Assembly: GCA_964388085.1 (NCBI GenBank)
Contig: CAYLZW010000002.1
Span: 225-64,224, forward strand
Direction: 5' to 3'
Origin: an uncultured Myxococcales bacterium
GTDB taxonomy: Bacteria > Myxococcota > UBA727 > CAYLZW01
Length of the DNA stretch: 64,000 nucleotides
Positions 27,999 to 35,903 of this stretch are shown here, in pieces. The position numbers and the translations under genes are program-made. The notes beneath the pieces were generated by a model that did not search any database, was not told the origin of the DNA, and was given only the letters and a program-made list of their open reading frames with translations. Every line of letters begins with the position of its first letter. Within the stretch, counting starts at the first letter, position 1.

Positions 27999-30329
27999 GT
28001 GACCATCGAACCCTCTCCGCAACAGACCGGACGCTTCTCGTCGTCGGGCCTGTCGCTCGCGTACGAGGTCCACGGTGACGCGCCGCTCACGCTCGTGTTC
28101 TTGCCCGGCGTGGGCTTCTCCCGAGTGTGCTTTCGGCCCATCGCTCGCTACCTCGCCCGACATGTGCGCTGTGTCCTCGTGGACGCGCGGGGCACCGGCG
28201 AGTCCGAGGCACCCGAGGGGGACGACGCCTACGCGCTCGCGCGGCAGTCGGACGACGTCATCGCCTTGCTCGACCACCTCGAGATCGAGCGTGTCGTCAT
28301 CGTTGGGCACTCCTTCGGCGCCAACGTCGGCGTGGATGTCGCGCTGCGTGCGCCGTCGCGCGTGCAAGGGATCGCGCTGCTCTCGGTCGCGCTCGCCGCT
28401 GAGCTCATCGACGCGGCGCTGCAGGTCGCCGGTGACGATCCCGACCGATTGAAGGTGGACGTCCCGGCGGCGCTCGCGCCTGCCATGCGCCAGTGGCCCG
28501 CGCCGGGGGACGCGCTGTGGGGGCGCGAGGGACACCACCGCCTGACCGGCAAGATGCGCGAGATCGATCAGCGCGACAAGGTCGCGACGCTGCCGATGCC
28601 CTGGCTCGCGCTCGTCGGTGCGCGCGACCCCATCTCGGCTACGTCGCTGCCGCTGCTGCGGGACCTGCTGCCGCCGGCGCGCTGCCTGCTGCTCGACGAG
28701 GCGGGTCATCATCCACACATCGAGGCCCCCGAGCGCAGCGCGGACGAGATCGCGCGCTTCCTTCAGCAAGCGGTGCTCACGCCGCCCGCGTCCGCCACGC
28801 CGCCGCTGCGCGTGACGGTCACGCTCGTCGAGCAGGAGGACGGTGTCGTCGTCGATGACCAGCTCACCGGCTTCTCCTTCGCGCTCGGCGAGAGCGAGGC
28901 CGCCATCCTGCGCGGGCTCGGCGGCGCGCTGCCCGAGCTGGCGCGCGCCGTGGACGTCGCGGAAGACGACGTCGCGAGCTTCATCGAACAGCTCCGCGCG
29001 CTCGGGCTCCTCTCGGAGGGCCTCTCGGCGGCCGAGATCGAAGGGCGCCAGGCGATGGCGCGCCGCGCGTCGCGGGACGAAGAGCGCTTCGAGGCCGTCC
29101 TGAACGCGATTCGCTTCGCCTTCGATCGCGTCTCGCTGCACCGACAACGGATGAGCGCCGCGGGCGTCACGCCCGACGACCTCGCTGAAGAGTCGGACCT
29201 CGGCCGCATCCCGCCCATGACCAAGGACGTGCTGCGGGCACATTTCCCCGATGGGCTCGTGCCCGACGGCGTCGACGTCGCCTCCCTGCTGCGGGACGGC
29301 AAGATCGTCGTCGGCGCCACCAGCGGAAGCACCGCCGAGCGCCTGCAGGTGCTCTTCGACGCGTCCGCCGGCGGGCTGCCGGAGGCGTCGCACTCTCTCT
29401 GGGGCCTCGACGACGACGTGGAGCTGAGCTCAGGCGCGGTGTTCACGAGCCCCATCTGCGCGGGCTTCGAATGTCACCTCGGCATGACGTCCAAGGCGGC
29501 GCGGACCCGCGGCTCGACGCTCACGCTCAACTCTTGCGACGATCCCTTCGCCATCAGCGACGAGGAGGTGCGCGCCATCGCCGCGGAGATGCGCGAGTAC
29601 CAGCCGCGCGTGCTGTTCGTGAACCCCTGGTACGCCGTCGTGCTGTTGCGACGGGTCCGCGCGCTCGCGCTCACGCTGCCGGACGTCGACGTCGTGCTGG
29701 CGAGCTATCAGTACCTGACCCGCCGTCATCGCCAGCTTTTGCGCCAAGGCTTCCGCGCGCCGGTGTTCTCCTATTACGGAGCGACGGACCTCGGCGGCGC
29801 GCTCATCGGGGTCGAGTGTCACCGTGGATCCATGCATGTGCGGGAGGACCACGTGCACCTCGAGATCGAAGCGCTCGGCGGGGATGACGACAGCCTCGGC
29901 TGGGTCACCGTCACGACGCTGTCGAGCCCGCACATGCCGCTCGTGCGCTATCGCGTCGGCGACCTCGCTCGTCCGACGCCGGAGCCCTGCCCTTGCGAGC
30001 AGGGGGGCGAGTGGCGCTCCTTCATCCTCGAGGGCCGCGCGCGAGACACCCTGCAGAGCACAGGCCGGCGGACCGTCACCACCCGCATGATCGACGACGC
30101 CATCGGTGAGGACGGCCCCGACTTCTATCGCCTCGTGCAAGAGGGCGGCGACCGCTTTCGCCTCGAGACGCTGAGCGGCGCCGATGAAGCGCACGCCATC
30201 GGCGCCGCGCTCTCGCGCTTGCCGCGCGTGCTGGGAGAGGGCGCGCGTATTCGCGCCGTCACGGTGAAGCAGTTCTCCCCCGAGCGCTCGCTCAAGTTCC
30301 GCCAGACCGTGCGCGAGGACTCGGCATGA
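27999..30329 (+). CDS. Alpha/beta-hydrolase domain fused to PaaK/CoF390-synthetase-like adenylate-forming domain
   Basis: N-terminus LVFLPGVGFSRV...VIVGHSFGANVG (GxSxG nucleophile elbow). C-terminal half has the phenylacetate-CoA-ligase-like layout (GATSGSTAERL...YYGATDLGG...VRYRVGDL). GTG start. Confidence 0.75.
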   Translation: MTIEPSPQQTGRFSSSGLSLAYEVHGDAPLTLVFLPGVGFSRVCFRPIARYLARHVRCVLVDARGTGESEAPEGDDAYALARQSDDVIALLDHLEIERVVIVGHSFGANVGVDVALRAPSRVQGIALLSVALAAELIDAALQVAGDDPDRLKVDVPAALAPAMRQWPAPGDALWGREGHHRLTGKMREIDQRDKVATLPMPWLALVGARDPISATSLPLLRDLLPPARCLLLDEAGHHPHIEAPERSADEIARFLQQAVLTPPASATPPLRVTVTLVEQEDGVVVDDQLTGFSFALGESEAAILRGLGGALPELARAVDVAEDDVASFIEQLRALGLLSEGLSAAEIEGRQAMARRASRDEERFEAVLNAIRFAFDRVSLHRQRMSAAGVTPDDLAEESDLGRIPPMTKDVLRAHFPDGLVPDGVDVASLLRDGKIVVGATSGSTAERLQVLFDASAGGLPEASHSLWGLDDDVELSSGAVFTSPICAGFECHLGMTSKAARTRGSTLTLNSCDDPFAISDEEVRAIAAEMREYQPRVLFVNPWYAVVLLRRVRALALTLPDVDVVLASYQYLTRRHRQLLRQGFRAPVFSYYGATDLGGALIGVECHRGSMHVREDHVHLEIEALGGDDDSLGWVTVTTLSSPHMPLVRYRVGDLARPTPEPCPCEQGGEWRSFILEGRARDTLQSTGRRTVTTRMIDDAIGEDGPDFYRLVQEGGDRFRLETLSGADEAHAIGAALSRLPRVLGEGARIRAVTVKQFSPERSLKFRQTVREDSA

Positions 30330-31546
30330 GCGAGCCCCTCGACGTCGCCCGCGTACGCAGCGACTTCCCGTTGCTCGCGCGCGAGGTGCACGGACGCCCC
30401 GTCGTCTATCTCGACAACGCCGCGACCACGCCGAAGCCGCGCGTCGTGCTCGAGGCGATGCGCCGCTACGACGAGGACATCAGCGCGAACATCCACCGGG
30501 GCAAGCACCTGCTGTCCGAGGAGGCCTCCGAGCTGTTCGAGGACGCGCGTCGCAAGGTCGCGCGTTTTCTGAACGCGGCGCCCTCCGAGGTGGTGTTCAC
30601 GCACAACACGACGCACTCGTTAAACCTCGTCGCGCTCGGCTCTCGCCTCGACGGAAGCGCCAACGTGGTCACGACCGTGCAGGAGCACCACTCGGTGCTG
30701 ATGCCGTTTCTGCAGCGAACCAATGTGCGCTTCGTCCCGGTCGGCAAGGATGGCCGCGTCGATCCACAGCGGGTCTTCGACCAGGTCGACGACGACACGG
30801 CGCTCATCGCCGTGGCCTGGGCGTCGAACGCCACCGGCGCCGTCCAGCCCATCGCGGAGATCACGCGGCGCGCGAGGGAGAAGGGCATCCCGACCCTGGT
30901 CGACGGCGCGCAGGCGGTCCCGCACCTGCCCGTCGATGTCGACGCGCTCGGTTGCGACTTCCTCGCCTTCTCTGGTCACAAAATGCTGGGCCCGACGGGC
31001 GTCGGCGTCCTTTGGGGCAAGCGAGACCGCCTCGAGGCGCTCGGCTCCCCCCTCCCCGGAGGCGGCTCACCGCGGCTCGTCACGCCGAGCGGCTTTACCC
31101 TGAAGCCCGTGCCCCACCGGCTCGAGGCAGGCACCCCCGCCATCTCGCAGGTCATCGGCCTCGGCGCTGCCGTCGACTACCTGCAGTCCTTTCCGCCGGA
31201 GTCTCTGCTGGCGCATGAGCGAGCGCTCGCCGAGCGGCTGACGCGCGGCCTGCAGGACATCCCCGGCGTGGAGCTTCTCGGCCCGCCGGCCGGCGAGGAG
31301 CGGCTCGCGCTGGCGTCATTGGTCCTGCACTCGCAATCGCTGAGCGGCGACCACGTGGCCATGATCCTGAGCGACACGAAGTCCATCCTCGTGCGCTCGG
31401 GCCATCACTGCTGTCACCCGTACTTCGACTCGTTCGGCGCCAACGGCGCGGTGCGTGCGTCGGCTTATCTCTACAACACCCTCGAGGACATCGACGCGTT
31501 CACCGACGCCTTCCGCGAGATCGTTTCCCGCCTCTACGCTTCTTGA
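30326..31546 (+). CDS. Class V aminotransferase-fold cysteine desulfurase (SufS/CsdA-like)
   Basis: LDNAATTPKP, SGHKMLGPTGVGVL (PLP-lysine), HHCCHPY... with RxGHHCA-like persulfide cysteine region. Start overlaps the stop of the upstream gene (ATGA). Confidence 0.85.
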   Translation: MSEPLDVARVRSDFPLLAREVHGRPVVYLDNAATTPKPRVVLEAMRRYDEDISANIHRGKHLLSEEASELFEDARRKVARFLNAAPSEVVFTHNTTHSLNLVALGSRLDGSANVVTTVQEHHSVLMPFLQRTNVRFVPVGKDGRVDPQRVFDQVDDDTALIAVAWASNATGAVQPIAEITRRAREKGIPTLVDGAQAVPHLPVDVDALGCDFLAFSGHKMLGPTGVGVLWGKRDRLEALGSPLPGGGSPRLVTPSGFTLKPVPHRLEAGTPAISQVIGLGAAVDYLQSFPPESLLAHERALAERLTRGLQDIPGVELLGPPAGEERLALASLVLHSQSLSGDHVAMILSDTKSILVRSGHHCCHPYFDSFGANGAVRASAYLYNTLEDIDAFTDAFREIVSRLYAS

Positions 31547-33377
31547 CGCTCGCGGCCGGCGGCTTGTCGTCGGTGGCGTCCGCGGCGTCGACATCCGCGC
31601 CGTCGGGCTCCTCGTCGTCGTCTTCCTCGTCCGCTTTCGCGGAGTCCTCGGCGTCGGTGTCGTCGGCGCCGGAGTCCGCCCCGTCGGCCTCGCTCGCCGT
31701 CTTCGCGTCGCTCGACGCACTCCCGACGGACGGGGTCGCGGGTTGAAACAGCGCGGCGTGCTCGGGCGAGAGCTGGCCGAGCTCCGCGCGCAGCTCGAGC
31801 GCGGTGCGCATGGCCTGATACTGCGCCTCGACCTCTTGCAGCTCCGCCTGCGTCACCAACACCTGGGCTTGCAGCAGGTCGAACACCGTCGAGCGTCCCC
31901 CGCGGAGCTTCCGGCCCTCGGCGTCGAGCGCGACGGCCGCGAGCCGCTTGGCCTCGGCGGCGGCGCCGAGCACGGTTCCGCGCTGCTCGACGTCGTTCAG
32001 CAGCCGCGCGATGCGGTTGTCGATCATGGCCTCCGTCGCGGTGCGCTCGAAGCGCAGGGCCTCCACCTCGTGACGACGTGCCGTCTCGCGATTCCCTTCC
32101 GTCCCCGGCCACAGCGGGGTGGAGCCGCTGACGACGACGCCGACGCTCCAGGAGCGCCCGACGTTGAGCAGCGCCTTCTCGTAGCCGCCGTGCAGCGCTG
32201 GGTCGACGAGGCAGGGACCCAGCTGATTCGGCAGCGTGCCTCCGTGGCAACGCGACTCGCCCGCGAGACCACCGACGCTCCCCTCGAGCCCGACGCTGAG
32301 CTCGGGGAGGCCATCGAGCGCCACCGCCTCGCGCTCCGTCTCTGCGCGCGCGATCTCCGCGTCGAGGGCGAGGAGCGCGGGGCTGCGCTCCCTCGCGCGC
32401 GCTTTGGCCGCGTCTCTCGCGACGCCGGGAGCGCGCCAGGGGTTGAGCGGCGCGACCTCTACAGACGCTGCGTCCATGGGGACGCGCAGCTCCTCGACGA
32501 GGCGCCCGAGCGCCGCTTCGCGATCCGCCACCGCCGCGGACAGCTCGACGTTCCGCTGCGCGACCGTCTGCTCGGCGATGGCGAGCTCGAGCCGGGAGAG
32601 CTGTCCACCGTCGATGAGCTGCTGGGTCAGGCGCTGGAAGCTCTCGGCGAGCTTCACGGCGCTTGCGCGTAGGGCGACCACGCGCGCCGCGCGCGCAGCG
32701 TCGAGCCAGGTGCCCGCGATGCGGCGATACAGCGCGTCTCGCCTCGCTGCGGCGGCCGCGTTCATCACGGTGACGCGCGCGTCCGCCGTGCGGATCGCCG
32801 CCATGGTACGGGACGGCCACAGCCCGAGCAGGAGAGGCTGCTCGACGCGCAGTCGTAAGCGAGGCTCGTAGCGAGGGGCCAGGGCCGCGCCGACGTCTTC
32901 GGTGAAGAGCGCGTCGTTGTCGAGGCGGAGCTGGTAGGTGGTCCCTGTCGGCAACAGGCCGAGCACTCCGGCGCCCGCGGTGACGCCTTGTGTGTCGACG
33001 CGTCCGTCGGGGTACAGATACGAGATGACCGGCCCGACGCTCGGCTGCGCGTCGTGGACGACGCCGCCGTCGATCACGAGGCGGGGAATGAAGATGGACC
33101 ACTCCGCGGCCGCGGCGGCCTCGCTCGCCTTGACGCGCTCGGCCGCCGCGCGCAGCTCCGGATGCTGCTCGTCGACGAGGCGCAGCGCGTCCGCGAGCGT
33201 CAACGTCCGCACCGGCGCGGGGGCGCCAGGCGACGCCTGCCCTCCTGTTGGTTCCGCTGCCGGCGTCGCTGCCGGCGTCGGCTCGGCCGCCTCTGCTGTC
33301 GCTACGGTGAACAGCGCCGCCACGAGGATCGCTCGAGCGCGGCGGGACACTATCGATTCACTTCGCAACGGCGGCAT
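31500..33377 (-). CDS. TolC-family outer membrane efflux protein with acidic/basic low-complexity C-terminal tail
   Basis: Signal peptide RARAILVAALFTVATAEA, then LTLADALRLVDEQHPELRAAAERV and repeated coiled-coil/beta segments typical of OMF. The 3' end overlaps the sufS-like 3' end by ~46 nt (convergent). Confidence 0.8.
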   Translation of the reverse strand: MPPLRSESIVSRRARAILVAALFTVATAEAAEPTPAATPAAEPTGGQASPGAPAPVRTLTLADALRLVDEQHPELRAAAERVKASEAAAAAEWSIFIPRLVIDGGVVHDAQPSVGPVISYLYPDGRVDTQGVTAGAGVLGLLPTGTTYQLRLDNDALFTEDVGAALAPRYEPRLRLRVEQPLLLGLWPSRTMAAIRTADARVTVMNAAAAARRDALYRRIAGTWLDAARAARVVALRASAVKLAESFQRLTQQLIDGGQLSRLELAIAEQTVAQRNVELSAAVADREAALGRLVEELRVPMDAASVEVAPLNPWRAPGVARDAAKARARERSPALLALDAEIARAETEREAVALDGLPELSVGLEGSVGGLAGESRCHGGTLPNQLGPCLVDPALHGGYEKALLNVGRSWSVGVVVSGSTPLWPGTEGNRETARRHEVEALRFERTATEAMIDNRIARLLNDVEQRGTVLGAAAEAKRLAAVALDAEGRKLRGGRSTVFDLLQAQVLVTQAELQEVEAQYQAMRTALELRAELGQLSPEHAALFQPATPSVGSASSDAKTASEADGADSGADDTDAEDSAKADEEDDDEEPDGADVDAADATDDKPPAASVKKRRGGKRSRGRRR

Positions 33378-33421
33378 GATGGCGGCGAAAGTATAGCCCC
33401 ATCAGCCGACGAGAGCGCCAC

Positions 33422-35890
33422 ATGCACCCTCCCCTGTTACCGACCCCGCCCCAGGGCGCGCACGAGAGCGCGCGAGGCATCTCTCGCGTGCTCTCGGGGC
33501 ACCGTCTCGCGCGCATCGGACTTCGGCGCCTCGGGCAGGCGCGCGTGGTGTCCGCGCTCTCCGAGCTGCGCGTCGTGGCGTCGTCGCACGAGGCTGCGTT
33601 CGCGGCGACGGTCGCGGCCGAGGTCGCGCGGCGGAGCGGAGACCTGCGTGGCGCTGCCGCGCTGCACAAAGACGCGGCGGAGCAGTGGCGAGAGGCCGGC
33701 AACGCGTCCCTCTCCGCCGTCGCGCTCGCGCTCAGCGTCGAGGACGCCGTGCTCTCCGGCGAGCTGCAGAGCGCGCAGGCGAACCTGCGCGACGTCGAGG
33801 CGGCCGGCGGATCGGTGCACGTCGCGAACGCGTTCTTGAGCTTCGCGCGCGGCGACACCGCGGCCGCGCGCGCGTCCTTCAAGGTGTTGATGGACGCGGC
33901 GCCCGGCGACGCGTGGGCGGCCTGCTGGGTCGACGCCTACGGAGCCGAGGTCCTCGTCGAGATGGGCGCGCTCGTCGGGGCCCAACAGGCGCTCGACAGG
34001 CTCGGCGGCAGGCTCTCCCCCGAGCACCGCTTCTCCGAGGCGTTCCTGCGACACGCCGTGCTGCGCGCCCGCCATGAGTCCTTGCGCCGCCTGACGCTCG
34101 GCGGTGATGAGGACGACGAGAAGGCCAAGCTGCACGCGCTCGTCGTACGCGCGCAGCGCTACGCCCAGGGGTTCCCGCTCTATCGCGCGTGGGCGCATCA
34201 GGTCGCGGGGGAAGAGGCGCTGCTCAACGCGGGCGACCCCGCCGCCCTCTTCGACAAGGCCATCGCGGACGCCGAGGAGGCCGGCAGCCCCTACCTGCAC
34301 GGGCGCCTATTGGCCCGTCAGGTCGAGTCGATGCGCGCCGTCCAGGAGCGGCGCTCCAACCCGCGTGCCTTGCGCGCGCGCAGCCTGCTGCTCGACTCCG
34401 GCGCGACCGGCTTCCTCGGCGCGCTGACGACGTCGAAGGGCGGCGCTCCCGAACGGATGCCCTCGCGCATGTCGATCGCGCTGCGCCTCGAGACGTCGCT
34501 CGATCAGATGAACCTGAGCGACGAGGCGGGGCTCGACGCCGTCATCGAGGTCAGCCGCCACCTCCAGAGCGTGCGCAGCCTCGACGAGCTGCTCGAGCGC
34601 ATCGTCGACTCGGTCTCGCGCGTGCTGCGCGCCGAGCGAGCCGCCCTGCTCAAGCACGACGGAAGCGAGTTCGAGTGCCTGGTCGCGCGCGGCATCGCCG
34701 CCGCCGACGTTCGCGAGGGCAACAAGGGTGTCTCGTTCGGCGTCGTGCGCGAGGCGATGCGCTCGGGAGAGCCGGTGCTGTCGGACAACGCGCTGGCCGA
34801 CGCGCGCTTCATGGATCGGGCGTCGGTGATGGCGACCGACATCCGCTCGGTGCTGTGCTCGCCCATCCGCACCAAGGACCACACCTTCGGCTTCCTCTAT
34901 CTCGACCGCCGCCTCACCGGTGTGCCGTTCTCGCCCGAGCACCTCGACCTCCTGGCCGCGTTCTCCACGCAGGTCGCGGTCGCCTGGGAGAACGCCGTGT
35001 CGTTCGAAGAGATCGCGCGCCTCAATGAGGGCCTCGAGCGGAAGGTCAGCGATCGCACCGTCGAGCTGCGCAAGAAGAACGACGAGCTGCAGACCACCCT
35101 CGACGAGCTCACCAACACGCGCCTCAAGCTGGCCGAGGCCGAGCGCGACGCGCTCGAGAAGGAGATGCAGCTCGCGCGCGACATTCAGCGTTCGATCCTG
35201 CCCCCCGAGGACACGCAGCGGCTGAGCGGCCTGTCGGTGTGCGGCCAGGTGATCCCCGCGAGCTATTGTGGCGGCGACTTCTGGGGGTACGCCGCGCTTC
35301 CCGACGGGCGCACGCTCGTCATCATCGCCGACGTCACCGGGCACGGAATGGCGTCGAGCTTGATCACCGCGGTGGCGCGCTCCTGCCTCGACACCCTGCG
35401 AGAGCAGGAGGCCATCCGCTCCGCCGCCGACGTGCTGCGCACCATGAACCAGGTCATCTTCGCGTCCGCGCACGGGAAGCTCTGCGCCACCGCGTTCGCC
35501 GGCATCTTCGATCCGGCGGCGCGGCAGCTCTCCTTCGGCAACGCCGGACACAACTTCCCGTATCTGCTCCGCGAGGGCGCCGACGCCGCGCCGCTCGTAG
35601 CAGCCGGCACCCGCCTCGGGGAGGCCGCGAACACCGACTTCGAGACGCACGTGCGAGAGATCCTGCCGGGCGATCGGCTGGTGCTGTTCACCGACGGCAT
35701 CATCGAGTGGCCGAACGCCAAGGGGAAGGACTACGGAGACCGGCGCTTCCGCAAGTCCGCGCAGGCGCGACGGGGCGAGGCGCCGGACGAATGCATCCGC
35801 GGCCTCATCGACGACGCCACGGCGTACACGGACGGCATCGAGCGTGACGACGATCTGACGCTGGTGATCGTCGACGTCGCCACCGAGTGA
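33422..35890 (+). CDS. GAF domain + PP2C-family (SpoIIE/RsbU-like) Ser/Thr phosphatase with N-terminal TPR-like region
   Basis: PP2C motifs GGDFWGY, IADVTGHGMASSL, FGNAGHNFP, LFTDGIIE, DDLTLVIVD. Preceded by a GAF-like segment (LDELLERIVDSVSRVLRAERAALL...FLYLDR) and a coiled coil. Confidence 0.85.
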   Translation: MHPPLLPTPPQGAHESARGISRVLSGHRLARIGLRRLGQARVVSALSELRVVASSHEAAFAATVAAEVARRSGDLRGAAALHKDAAEQWREAGNASLSAVALALSVEDAVLSGELQSAQANLRDVEAAGGSVHVANAFLSFARGDTAAARASFKVLMDAAPGDAWAACWVDAYGAEVLVEMGALVGAQQALDRLGGRLSPEHRFSEAFLRHAVLRARHESLRRLTLGGDEDDEKAKLHALVVRAQRYAQGFPLYRAWAHQVAGEEALLNAGDPAALFDKAIADAEEAGSPYLHGRLLARQVESMRAVQERRSNPRALRARSLLLDSGATGFLGALTTSKGGAPERMPSRMSIALRLETSLDQMNLSDEAGLDAVIEVSRHLQSVRSLDELLERIVDSVSRVLRAERAALLKHDGSEFECLVARGIAAADVREGNKGVSFGVVREAMRSGEPVLSDNALADARFMDRASVMATDIRSVLCSPIRTKDHTFGFLYLDRRLTGVPFSPEHLDLLAAFSTQVAVAWENAVSFEEIARLNEGLERKVSDRTVELRKKNDELQTTLDELTNTRLKLAEAERDALEKEMQLARDIQRSILPPEDTQRLSGLSVCGQVIPASYCGGDFWGYAALPDGRTLVIIADVTGHGMASSLITAVARSCLDTLREQEAIRSAADVLRTMNQVIFASAHGKLCATAFAGIFDPAARQLSFGNAGHNFPYLLREGADAAPLVAAGTRLGEAANTDFETHVREILPGDRLVLFTDGIIEWPNAKGKDYGDRRFRKSAQARRGEAPDECIRGLIDDATAYTDGIERDDDLTLVIVDVATE

Positions 35891-35903
35891 GCCGCGCCGC
35901 GAG

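Noticed and set aside
30320-30330. 1-nt discrepancy between printed line labels and ORF-track coordinates around the hydrolase/sufS junction
   Set aside because: Not biological; treated as a formatting offset. ORF-track coordinates were used for CDS boundaries.
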